Assembly: GCA_036340075.1 (NCBI GenBank)
Contig: JAYYZJ010000012.1
Coordinates: 1-64,000 of the forward strand
Source: Thermodesulfobacteriota bacterium
GTDB lineage: Bacteria > Desulfobacterota_D > UBA1144
Reading direction: 5' to 3'
DNA length: 64,000 bases
Every line of letters starts with the position of its first letter. Positions within the stretch are counted from its first letter, which is position 1. A program made the position numbers and the translations under genes. Shown here in pieces: positions 9,300 through 20,142 of this stretch. The notes under the pieces are model-generated. The model was given only the letters and a program-made list of their open reading frames with translations, had not been told where the DNA came from and ran no database searches.

Positions 9300-10909
9300 A
9301 ATCGAATTATGTCCTTTTCTTAGTCTTGTCTTTTTTAGTAATTATAGGGAGTAATTTTTTAATAGGTCCTCCGGAAGATAAAGAAAAAATTGTTAAGGAA
9401 AAACCCACTGAACAATTTAATGTACAAGAAGACTCCTATGTAGTTAAAGACGATTCAGCATTTAACACTGGCAGTAGTGGAAATATGAGCAGCGTTAAAT
9501 TTTCTACACCATTGCTTGAAGGAAGGATTTCATCTAATGGGGGCAGAATTCATAGTGTTCAACTAAAGACCTATTTTGAAGATTCCGGATCTTTGAAACC
9601 CATCAAGTTACTTAAAGGGCAGGAATTCATTTCTAACACCATTATTAAGTTTAAAGATATTAATTTTGGAAAAGAAATTCAGTACACACCTAATAAGAGA
9701 AATATAGTCATTACCTCACAAGGCGATTCTCTATCCATGATATCTAAGGTATCAAATATAAGATTAGAAAAAACCTATTCTTTTGTCCCAGATTCATACG
9801 CAATTCAGCAAAATATTCTTGTTGTAAATAATTCAAATAAAAATTTAATTTTCCGTGTCTTCGAAGAAGCAGTAGGTGAGATAGATGGGAAAGAGCATGT
9901 TTTATTCAATTATCATGCAGACCAGGATATGGAAACTGTAACATCTAATCCGTCAGAAGCTGAAAAAATAATAGCAGATATAGATTGGTATGGATTTGGA
10001 AAAAAATATTTCTTGGCATCTTCTATTCTGAATCAAGATGGAGAAAAAACGCTTAAGTATAAAAAGCATTCAAAGAAAAATCTTCGGTCTCTCTTAAGCT
10101 ACAGAACGATTAGCCTGACGCCAGGCTCCCAATATTCAATCAATTCAACAATTTTTCTTGGTCCAAAGGACCCAGAAATCTTGTCAAAACTTGGCAAAGA
10201 CTTTGAAAAAGCTCAGGATCTGGGATGGTTTGAATGGTTAGCTGTACCTTTAGAAAAACTACTAAAAATATTTAATAGGTTTATTAACAATTATGGTGTT
10301 TCAATTATTGTTATAACAATATTAATTAGATTACTTTTCCTTCCTCTAACGGTAAAAAGCATGATGTCGATGAAAAAAATGCAAGCAAAAATGGCAATCA
10401 TAAAGCCTCAGTTAGACGAAATCAAAGAGAAATATAAAGACGACAAAGCAGCACAAAATAGTGAAACGATGAAAGTCTATGCAAAAGAAGGAATGAATCC
10501 TCTCTCTAGTTTGAGCGGATGCTTGCCAATGCTTGTTCAGCTGCCAGTTTTTGTTGCCCTTTATAATGTGCTTCTCTATTCATTAGATTTAAGGCACTCA
10601 GATTTTCTCTGGATTGATGACTTGTCATCCCCAGAGAATCTTTTTGATATCCCTGGTATAGGCATACCTTTTAGAGTGCTCCCTCTATTGATGGGTGTAT
10701 CATGGTTTATTACCCAAAAAATGACTCCTCCAAATCCTGGAGCTGATGAATTTCAACAAAAAGTTTTTCAATATATGCCAATTATGTTTACGGTAATGTT
10801 TTGGGGGCTACCATCAGGGCTTATTCTTTATTGGACTATCAGTAATGTGATTTCTATTTTTCAACAAATTTACATAAATCAAAAATATAAAAAAATGCAA
10901 GGAGTATAA
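9296..10909 (+). CDS. yidC: membrane protein insertase YidC
   Basis: N-terminal TM, large periplasmic domain, NYGVSII, GCLPMLVQLPVF, LPSGLILYW. Confidence 0.96.
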   Translation: MKSNYVLFLVLSFLVIIGSNFLIGPPEDKEKIVKEKPTEQFNVQEDSYVVKDDSAFNTGSSGNMSSVKFSTPLLEGRISSNGGRIHSVQLKTYFEDSGSLKPIKLLKGQEFISNTIIKFKDINFGKEIQYTPNKRNIVITSQGDSLSMISKVSNIRLEKTYSFVPDSYAIQQNILVVNNSNKNLIFRVFEEAVGEIDGKEHVLFNYHADQDMETVTSNPSEAEKIIADIDWYGFGKKYFLASSILNQDGEKTLKYKKHSKKNLRSLLSYRTISLTPGSQYSINSTIFLGPKDPEILSKLGKDFEKAQDLGWFEWLAVPLEKLLKIFNRFINNYGVSIIVITILIRLLFLPLTVKSMMSMKKMQAKMAIIKPQLDEIKEKYKDDKAAQNSETMKVYAKEGMNPLSSLSGCLPMLVQLPVFVALYNVLLYSLDLRHSDFLWIDDLSSPENLFDIPGIGIPFRVLPLLMGVSWFITQKMTPPNPGADEFQQKVFQYMPIMFTVMFWGLPSGLILYWTISNVISIFQQIYINQKYKKMQGV

Positions 10910-10910
10910 A

Positions 10911-11636
10911 ATGTCAACGGAGAAAGAATTTGAAGGTAAGACAATAACAGATGCAACAATTGAAGCATGCAAAGAACTTGGTATCACCAGGGACGAATTA
11001 GAGTTTGATGTTGTAGAAGAAGGATCAACAGGAGTATTAGGTATAGGTGGAAGAAATGCGGTTATCAAAGTAAAAATTTCTGATGATTACACTAATCAAA
11101 CTGCTACAGATTCTACGAAAGAAGAGCGTACAGATGAAGTAAAAGAAGCATCTGCCACTAATGTAGATATTGACAAGGGAGAGATAGAAGATATCTTCAA
11201 AAAGATTGTAAATCACTTCGTCGAAGAAAATAATATTAGCTCCGAATTAAATGAGAATAATATTTTATTAAAAATGAACAGCGAAGCAGATTTAGGATTC
11301 CTTATTGGTAAGAAGGGAGATATGATTAAGAATCTAGAATTTTTATTATCTAGGATTGCTAGCAAGAAAAATTCTCAGAGCGTCATGGTATCGATAGACA
11401 TAAACGGTTTTAGAGAGAAGAAAGATGCTCAATTAAAAGAGAAAGTAAAATCCTTGATTGACAAGGTAATATCTATAAATAGACCATTAAGCTTAAATCC
11501 AATGAATTCATATGAAAGAAGAATTTGTTATCTTGTAATAGAAGAAAACTCGGAGGTAACTTACAAAACTAAAGAGCAGGGACATTTAAAGAAGATCACA
11601 ATTCTTCCGAAAAATATGAATACTAATTTATCTTAA
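10911..11636 (+). CDS. jag: Jag/KhpB (EloR) RNA-binding protein
   Basis: Jag_N (EGKTITDA..EEGSTGVLGIG), KH GFLIGKKG, R3H-like LNPMNSYERRICY; follows yidC. Confidence 0.9.
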   Translation: MSTEKEFEGKTITDATIEACKELGITRDELEFDVVEEGSTGVLGIGGRNAVIKVKISDDYTNQTATDSTKEERTDEVKEASATNVDIDKGEIEDIFKKIVNHFVEENNISSELNENNILLKMNSEADLGFLIGKKGDMIKNLEFLLSRIASKKNSQSVMVSIDINGFREKKDAQLKEKVKSLIDKVISINRPLSLNPMNSYERRICYLVIEENSEVTYKTKEQGHLKKITILPKNMNTNLS

Positions 11637-12047
11637 GTTTTTAAAAAATTCTTTAATAAGATTCTGACAGTCTGAATTTTTTATCATAGTAGATTTAATT
11701 TTCTTTTCTTCATTTTTTCTTTTATTGTTTTTTGCACCAAAATAAACTTCTTTAATTCGTGATTCAATAATTGCGCCCATACACATTTCACAGGGTTCAA
11801 TTGTAGAAAAAATGATGTGATTGTCTAATCTCCAGTCATTTATTTTTTCTGCTGCAGACTTGATTGCAAGAATTTCAGCGTGGGCAGTTGGATCCTTCAG
11901 TTTCTCTGTTTGATTAAATCCTGTACCAACCACAACCTTTGCCTCATTAACTACAATAGAGCCTATAGGTACTTCATCGTACTTTAATGCTTCTAATGCC
12001 GCCTCGTAAGCAATATGAATAAATTCTTCTATTTCGAAATCTGTCAC
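11628..12047 (-). CDS. tadA: tRNA adenosine(34) deaminase
   Basis: EVPIGS, DPTAHAE, EPCEMC zinc motif. Confidence 0.88.
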   Translation of the reverse strand: MTDFEIEEFIHIAYEAALEALKYDEVPIGSIVVNEAKVVVGTGFNQTEKLKDPTAHAEILAIKSAAEKINDWRLDNHIIFSTIEPCEMCMGAIIESRIKEVYFGAKNNKRKNEEKKIKSTMIKNSDCQNLIKEFFKNLR

Positions 12048-12622
12048 GTTTTATTTTTAAGAATATTCTTAATTAACTTCTTTCCTTCTTTTGTAAGAAT
12101 TGATTCGGGATGAAATTGGACCCCTTCCAAGTCGTAAAATTTATGTTTTATACCCATTATTATTCCATCTTTAGTCTTTGCGGTAATTATAAAATCATTT
12201 GATAAGGTTTTTTTATCCACAATCAATGAATGATATCTGGTAGCTTCAAATGGATTCTTAATATTCTTATATATCCCCTTTTCATTGTGTAATATGTTAG
12301 AAGTTTTTCCATGTAACAATGTCTTCGCTTTAATTATTTTTGCACCAAATGCATATGCAATTGATTGATGACCTAAGCAAACCCCAAAGATTGGAATTTT
12401 ACCTGCTAGATTCTTAACGATTTCTACAGAAATCCCAGCTTCTTTTGGAGTACAAGGGCCAGGTGAAATAAATATTATATCGGGACTTATTTTTTTTATT
12501 TCTTTTATACTGATTTCATTGTTTCTTCTAACAAATACAGAAGAGCCTATTTCTTCTATATAATGAACTAGGTTGTAAGTAAAAGAATCATAATTGTCTA
12601 TCATTAGTACTTTCTTTTTCAT
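12044..12622 (-). CDS. trpG: anthranilate synthase component II (glutamine amidotransferase)
   Basis: IDNYDSFTYN, SPGPC, GVCLGHQ, RYHSL, GVQFHPES; adjacent to trpE. Confidence 0.9.
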   Translation of the reverse strand: MKKKVLMIDNYDSFTYNLVHYIEEIGSSVFVRRNNEISIKEIKKISPDIIFISPGPCTPKEAGISVEIVKNLAGKIPIFGVCLGHQSIAYAFGAKIIKAKTLLHGKTSNILHNEKGIYKNIKNPFEATRYHSLIVDKKTLSNDFIITAKTKDGIIMGIKHKFYDLEGVQFHPESILTKEGKKLIKNILKNKT

Positions 12623-14104
12623 TTAACTTTCCACTAGAACGCCTTTTTTAATAGCTCTCAACATTGCCTCAGATTTATTTATAGTTTCATTGAATTCATT
12701 AATTGGTTTCGAATCAGCTACAATTCCAGCACCAGCCTGAAAAAATAACTTTTTTCCCTCTAAATAAAACGATCTTATTGTTATGCTCATATCCATATTT
12801 CCTGAGAACCCAAAATATCCTACAGATCCTCCGTATGGCCCTCTGTTGTTTGGTTCGAGCTCATTGATTATTTCCATAGCCCTTATTTTTGGTGCACCAG
12901 ATAAGGTTCCAGCAGGGAAGCAAGCACTGAATACGTCAAAGGCATCCTTAGATTTTTTTAGCTCACCTTGAACATGAGAAACAATATGCATGACATGAGA
13001 ATATCTCTCAATAGTCATCATTTCATCTACTTTTACGCTACCAAAATTACAAACTTTACTGAGATCGTTTCTTGCCAAATCAACCAACATAATATGTTCA
13101 GCCAATTCTTTAGGATCAGATAATAAATCCTTTTCGTTGAATCTGTCTTTAGTTTCATCAGAACCTCTTGGTCGTGTTCCAGCTATAGGTCTAGATTCAA
13201 CCTTTCTTTTATCAAGACGAACCAGAACTTCTGGTGAGGCTCCAACAATATATGATTTATCAATTTTAATATAAAACATATAAGGAGATGGGTTAAGAAT
13301 ACGTAATGCTCTATATAAATTGATTGGGTCATCATTATAATTTGTTGACCATCTCTGGGATATTACCGTCTGAATTACATCACCCCTTTTTACATACTCT
13401 TTTATTCTTTTTACTGATTGTAGAAAATTGTCTTTTTTGAAATTAGAAGTGATTTTAATTTTATTTTCTTTTTTATTTTTTTCCTTATAAGGATCTTTTA
13501 TCGCACCTTTTAATATTTTTTCTATTTTATTGATAGACTTTAAAGCAGAAGAATAATATGTTTTGTATTTTCCCTTGTCTTTTACATGAACATTAATTAC
13601 AATCTTTGCTGTTTTTGAAATATTATCAAAAATTATTACTGAATCAGTAAGCATAAAACAACAATCAGGGAAGTCGGTGTCTCTTAGTTTGGGAGCAGGA
13701 AGATTTTCAATTTGTCTGATTATTTCATAAGAAAAAAAGCCAACTAATCCCCCATAAAATCTTGGAAGATTTTCAACCTTTGCAGCTTTAAATTCAGACA
13801 TGATTGATTTTAGTTTTTTAATAGGACTACCTGTTTCCGTTGTTTTCTTTCCAGTATCCAATATTGTTTCTATTCTGTTTTCATATGATTTAATTATCAT
13901 TTTTGGATTAAAGCCAATGAAGCTAAATTGAGACCATTTTTCTGGACCATTAGAGCTTTCTAAAAGGAAACAATGCCTATTTTTATTAATTTTTTTTAAA
14001 ATAGACAAAGGGTTATCATAATCGAGATTAATTTCTTTGAATACAGGAATCAGATTAGCATCCTTCAAAGTCCTTCTAAAATTTTCTAAAGTTAAAGAAA
14101 TCAT
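12623..14104 (-). CDS. trpE: anthranilate synthase component I
   Basis: LLES and NPSPYM Trp-feedback motifs, PIAGTRPRG, EHIMLVDLARND, GTLSGAPK, QAGAGIVADS. Confidence 0.92.
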   Translation of the reverse strand: MISLTLENFRRTLKDANLIPVFKEINLDYDNPLSILKKINKNRHCFLLESSNGPEKWSQFSFIGFNPKMIIKSYENRIETILDTGKKTTETGSPIKKLKSIMSEFKAAKVENLPRFYGGLVGFFSYEIIRQIENLPAPKLRDTDFPDCCFMLTDSVIIFDNISKTAKIVINVHVKDKGKYKTYYSSALKSINKIEKILKGAIKDPYKEKNKKENKIKITSNFKKDNFLQSVKRIKEYVKRGDVIQTVISQRWSTNYNDDPINLYRALRILNPSPYMFYIKIDKSYIVGASPEVLVRLDKRKVESRPIAGTRPRGSDETKDRFNEKDLLSDPKELAEHIMLVDLARNDLSKVCNFGSVKVDEMMTIERYSHVMHIVSHVQGELKKSKDAFDVFSACFPAGTLSGAPKIRAMEIINELEPNNRGPYGGSVGYFGFSGNMDMSITIRSFYLEGKKLFFQAGAGIVADSKPINEFNETINKSEAMLRAIKKGVLVES

Positions 14105-14112
14105 GTAAATTC

Positions 14113-14141
14113 AATATATTATTACTAAAAACTTTTGTCAA
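14113..14141 (-). promoter_or_regulatory. sigma70 promoter TTGACA-N17-TATATT for trpE
   Basis: Minus strand TTGACA (14141-14136) and TATATT (14118-14113), 8 nt before ATG. Confidence 0.65.
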
Positions 14142-14160
14142 AACTTATTTAAGAAGGTGC

Positions 14161-15543
14161 GTGTTGAATAATTCAATTTTTAGGGAATATGACATAAGAG
14201 GAATAGCGGAAAAAGATCTAACTGACGAGGTAGTAGAGCTGATAGGCCTTGCATATGGTACTAAAATAATTGAAGCGGGCCTTAAAAATATAACGATTGG
14301 CAGAGATTGTAGGAAGAGCTCAGATAGAATTTTTAATTCTTTGGCAAGGGGGATATTGAGAACCGGTGTCAATATAACTAATTTAGGTATTATTACGAGC
14401 CCCGTTCTATATTTTTCATTATATGGATTAAATGTTGATGGAGGAATAATGATTACAGCAAGCCATAATCCTCCTGACTATAATGGATTTAAGGCAGCTA
14501 TCGGAAAAAATGTTCTTTCCTCAGAAGAAATACAAAATCTTAAAACTAAAATTGAAACAGAATCATTTTTGATTTCTAAAACAAAGGGAAAAATTTCAGA
14601 TTACGATATCATCAAAAACTACAAAGAAGATATTCTAAAAAATATTAAGATTACTAGGAAATTAAGAATAGGCGTTGATTCAGCAAATACACCAGTTGGC
14701 CTTTTTGCTAAGGATATTTTGTCATATGCAGGATGCGAGGTATATGAATTATTTGCTGAACCAGACGGGAACTTCCCAAACCACCATCCAGATCCATCAA
14801 TTGAGGAAAATTTAATAGATTTAAGAAATTTAGTAAAAAAGGAAAAACTAGATTTAGGAATAGCTTTTGATGGTGATGCAGACAGATTGGGAGTCTTAGA
14901 TGAAAATGGAGATCTAATATATTCTGATATGATTTTGCTTATTTTAGCCAGGGCTGTAATCAAAGAGCTTCCAGGATCAAAAATTATAGCAGAAGTTAAA
15001 TGCTCTAAAAATCTTTTTGATGAAATAAGGAATTGTGGCGGGAGTCCAATTATGTGGAAGACTGGACATTCAAACATCAAAAGAAAGATTAAAGAAGAAA
15101 AAGCTCCATTAGCAGGTGAGCTCAGCGGTCACATATTCTTTTCTGATAAGCATCATGGCTATGACGATGCTCTTTATGCTGCACTTAGATTAATAGAGGT
15201 CTTATCCCAAAGTGATAGCTCTATCAGCGAAATGCTCACCAATATTCCTAAGATGTATTCAACCCCAGAAATTAGAATAGATTTTCCTGAACACGAAAAA
15301 TTTGAAGTTATAAATAAATTAATTGAAGTAATCAAAGAAGAGAATGACAATTCTTTTGATTTAATAACCGTAGATGGTATTAGATTAGAAAATTCCAAAG
15401 GATGGGCGCTTGTTCGAGCTTCCAATACCCAGCCCGCACTAACAATCAGATTGGAGGCTGATTCGGAACCAAACTTAAAAGAGCTAGTAGCGTATGTTTC
15501 AGAGAAATTAAAATCTGTTACTAGTATAAGTATCAACTTATAG
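14161..15543 (+). CDS. algC: phosphomannomutase/phosphoglucomutase
   Basis: FREYDIRG, ITASHNP, FDGDADR, GELSGH, VRASNTQP. Confidence 0.9.
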   Translation: MLNNSIFREYDIRGIAEKDLTDEVVELIGLAYGTKIIEAGLKNITIGRDCRKSSDRIFNSLARGILRTGVNITNLGIITSPVLYFSLYGLNVDGGIMITASHNPPDYNGFKAAIGKNVLSSEEIQNLKTKIETESFLISKTKGKISDYDIIKNYKEDILKNIKITRKLRIGVDSANTPVGLFAKDILSYAGCEVYELFAEPDGNFPNHHPDPSIEENLIDLRNLVKKEKLDLGIAFDGDADRLGVLDENGDLIYSDMILLILARAVIKELPGSKIIAEVKCSKNLFDEIRNCGGSPIMWKTGHSNIKRKIKEEKAPLAGELSGHIFFSDKHHGYDDALYAALRLIEVLSQSDSSISEMLTNIPKMYSTPEIRIDFPEHEKFEVINKLIEVIKEENDNSFDLITVDGIRLENSKGWALVRASNTQPALTIRLEADSEPNLKELVAYVSEKLKSVTSISINL

Positions 15544-15552
15544 ATTTTATAT

Positions 15553-15586
15553 AAAAAAAGGGGCATGAAGCCCCTTTTTATTTTTT
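15553..15586. terminator. bidirectional intrinsic terminator between pmm and groL
   Basis: AAAAAAAGGGGC-ATGAA-GCCCCTTTTT; a second hairpin AGGGTC-ACA-GACCCT lies at 15596-15610. Confidence 0.85.
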
Positions 15587-15622
15587 ATAGTTTTAAGGGT
15601 CACAGACCCTGAACTTTTTTGT

Positions 15623-17299
<1,677 letters not shown>

Positions 17300-17304
17300 C
17301 TAAG

Positions 17305-17592
17305 TTATTCAATGATTCCTAGAACTTCGTCTTGTTTTAGGAAGATATAATTACCATCTCCCAGAGAAAGCTCCATACCACCATACCTATTAAATAAAAC
17401 CACATCACCCTCTTTAATATCAAGAGGCTTTACTGTTCCATCTTCAAGTAGTCTTCCATGCCCAACAGACACAACTGTGCCTTGTTGAGGTTTTTCTTGA
17501 GAACCTTCAGGTAGGATAATACCCCCTTCGGTCTTCTCTTCAGGATTATCAATCTTTACCATAATCCTATCGTATAAAGGTTTAATTTTCAT
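17305..17592 (-). CDS. groS: co-chaperonin GroES
   Basis: MKIKPLYDRI, EEKTEGGIILP, KPQQG; start moved to ATG 17592 behind a GGAGG SD. Confidence 0.97.
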   Translation of the reverse strand: MKIKPLYDRIMVKIDNPEEKTEGGIILPEGSQEKPQQGTVVSVGHGRLLEDGTVKPLDIKEGDVVLFNRYGGMELSLGDGNYIFLKQDEVLGIIE

Positions 17593-17708
17593 AGCACCCT
17601 CCAAAAAACCCTTGTCAATGTTTAATAGATTGAAGATAAACATCATACCTGCTTTGTCAAGAAAATAATATAAACTAATGATTAATACAAAGGAGCTTTT
17701 TACAAAAA

Positions 17709-19808
17709 TTGAATAATTTAAGGCATAATCTCAATCAAAGCCAAAAAATGGCGGCTACCCATGTAGATGGACCAGCTCTTGTGTTGGCGGGGGCAGGGTC
17801 TGGAAAAACAAGAGTATTAACTGAAAGAATATGCCATTTGATTAAATCTGGTAAAGCCAATAGCTTTGAAATCTTAGCCCTTACTTTTACCAACAAGGCT
17901 GCAGAGGAAATGAAATCCAGAATCAAGAAGTTGCTTGGTAACAAATATGACTTCCCCTGGGTAGGAACATTTCATTCAATCTCCTACAAAATTTTAAGTA
18001 TTTTCATAACAGAGATAGGAAAAGATTATAAAAAGAATTTTACTATTTATGATCCCAATGATCAGCTTAAGATTATCAAAAATGTTGTAAAAGAATTAGA
18101 TTTAGATTCGAATGAATACAATCCAAATCTTATTAGAGGAAAGTTGGACAAATTAAAAAATTTGTACACTTTCGATGAATGGGATGATGAATGGAGTTAC
18201 AGAGATGAGAAGGAAAGAAGTGTGTTCCACAAATATCAGAAAGCATTAGAAGATAATAATGCTATGGATTTTGGTGATTTAATCTTAAATTTTTATGAAT
18301 TAATTTCCAGAAACGATAAAGTTAAAAAAAATTTACACAATAGATTTAAGTATATTCTTGTTGATGAGTATCAAGATACAAATAAAATACAATTCCGATT
18401 ACTAAATAACCTTGCATCGAAAACCAAGAATATATTTGCAGTTGGAGATGAAGATCAAACAATATATGGATGGAGAGGGGCATCAATTGATAACATATTT
18501 AAATTTAAGGAAATTTATCATAAAACAAAAATCTATAAACTCGAACAGAATTACAGATCATCGCCGGAAATTTTACAAGTATCAAATCAGTTAATATTTA
18601 ACAATAAAAAAAGAATGGACAAGGTCCTTACTACTTCCAACCCAAATGCTGGTAATGTTGAAGTAATTTCTTGTCCAGATAATTCTGTTGAAGCAGACTT
18701 TGTTTCAGAAAAGATTACTCAATATATAAAAGAAAAAAAATATAGACTTAAAGATTTTGGTATTTTCTATAGAACCAATGCTCAATCACGTTCCCTTGAA
18801 GATGTATTTAGGCGAAGGAAGATTAAATATAAAATATTTGGGAATATTAGTTTTTATGACCGAGCGGAGATTAAAGATTTGATTTCTTTTCTCCGGTTAA
18901 TAGTAAATCCTTATGATGAAATTTCTTTCAATAGAATAGTTAATATTCCACCAAGAGGAATAGGGGCCAAAACATTAATAAAAATGAAATCTATTCAAGA
19001 ATCATCCGGTATGAATTTTTTAGAATGTATTGAATACTGTTCAGATAAAAATGATGTTTTTTCGAAAAAAGTAGCTTCAAATCTAAAAGATTTTAAAGAT
19101 TCTTATCGTAATCTAACTTTGGAAATAAACAACAAACATCTTCCTATATCCGAAGCCATAGAAAAATTTTTAATAAATATAAAATATTTTGAATATCTTG
19201 AAGATACCGACAAAAAAGAAAATATATCAGAATTTTTGAACTTAGTTGCTGAATATCAAAATGACAACAAAGAATCAAGCTTAAATGATTTTCTTAACAT
19301 GCTTTCCATATCTTCTTCTATAGATAATTTCAATGAAGATAGTGGCTATGTTGCTATGATGACAGTTCACTTAGCTAAAGGATTAGAGTTCCCGTGTGTA
19401 TTTCTTGTAGGAATGGAAGAAGGTTTGTTCCCTCATAGTAAGATTTTAGATGATCCAGATGAGAATGGGATTGAGGAAGAGAGACGATTGTGTTATGTCG
19501 CTTTTACCCGAGCAATGAACAAACTACATATTTCTTATTGTAGAATGAGAAGACAATTTGGGGATATAAATTATTGTGAAAAATCACAATTTATCGCCGA
19601 AGTTGAGAATTGCAAAAATGTTGAACTAGATAATTATGGGCAAGATGAAGTTGATAACAAAAATCACGTTAAAGTTTTTCATCATCGTTTTGGAGAAGGT
19701 GTAATTCTGGAAGAAGAGCTGGATGAATTTATTGATGATGTGGTGACAGTGTTGTTTGACAATGGAACAAAGAAGAGAGTATTTTTAAGTGATTTAGAAG
19801 ATGGATAG
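17709..19808 (+). CDS. uvrD: ATP-dependent DNA helicase UvrD/PcrA
   Basis: LAGAGSGKT, TFTNKAA, VDEYQD, VGDEDQTIYGWRGA, QNYRS, HLAKGLEF, EERRLCYVA, C-terminal HHRFGEG. Confidence 0.95.
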   Translation: MNNLRHNLNQSQKMAATHVDGPALVLAGAGSGKTRVLTERICHLIKSGKANSFEILALTFTNKAAEEMKSRIKKLLGNKYDFPWVGTFHSISYKILSIFITEIGKDYKKNFTIYDPNDQLKIIKNVVKELDLDSNEYNPNLIRGKLDKLKNLYTFDEWDDEWSYRDEKERSVFHKYQKALEDNNAMDFGDLILNFYELISRNDKVKKNLHNRFKYILVDEYQDTNKIQFRLLNNLASKTKNIFAVGDEDQTIYGWRGASIDNIFKFKEIYHKTKIYKLEQNYRSSPEILQVSNQLIFNNKKRMDKVLTTSNPNAGNVEVISCPDNSVEADFVSEKITQYIKEKKYRLKDFGIFYRTNAQSRSLEDVFRRRKIKYKIFGNISFYDRAEIKDLISFLRLIVNPYDEISFNRIVNIPPRGIGAKTLIKMKSIQESSGMNFLECIEYCSDKNDVFSKKVASNLKDFKDSYRNLTLEINNKHLPISEAIEKFLINIKYFEYLEDTDKKENISEFLNLVAEYQNDNKESSLNDFLNMLSISSSIDNFNEDSGYVAMMTVHLAKGLEFPCVFLVGMEEGLFPHSKILDDPDENGIEEERRLCYVAFTRAMNKLHISYCRMRRQFGDINYCEKSQFIAEVENCKNVELDNYGQDEVDNKNHVKVFHHRFGEGVILEEELDEFIDDVVTVLFDNGTKKRVFLSDLEDG

Positions 19809-19824
19809 TTTGGAGAAGAATTGA

Positions 19825-20142
19825 ATGGCATTAAAAAAAAATAGAAAGGGAAAAATCATGATTAAACACCATAGGATTAAAAATCTTGATACTTTTTTAG
19901 AGAAATTTATAGAGCCAATCGAATCAGTGAAACTAATAACTCCAGGAGCAATAAAAGTCGGAAAAGGAACAGGTGAAAATCTAAAGGTAACTTATGGTAG
20001 AGAGATTTACCAAGGTTCTGGAGAGATACTAACGGGATGCAAATTAAATGCAACATCAGGGAATTCGAATCAAGAAATATTGGTGTCCACTTCGAATCCA
20101 GAAGAAGTAAAAAAAGTTATAAGTAAAATTAATAAAAACTAA
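19825..20142 (+). CDS. hypothetical protein, DUF2103-like
   Basis: ITPGAI..G, GCKLNATSGNSNQEI pattern resembles DUF2103 from memory; GGAG SD. Confidence 0.6.
   Translation: MALKKNRKGKIMIKHHRIKNLDTFLEKFIEPIESVKLITPGAIKVGKGTGENLKVTYGREIYQGSGEILTGCKLNATSGNSNQEILVSTSNPEEVKKVISKINKN

Noticed and set aside
12213..12221. DnaA box TTATCCACA (further copies inside murG and the DHS-like gene)
   Set aside because: Isolated and inside coding regions; no cluster indicating oriC.
17593..17708. CIRCE/HrcA operator upstream of groES
   Set aside because: No TTAGCACTC-N9-GAGTGCTAA is present; only TTGACA-type promoter elements.
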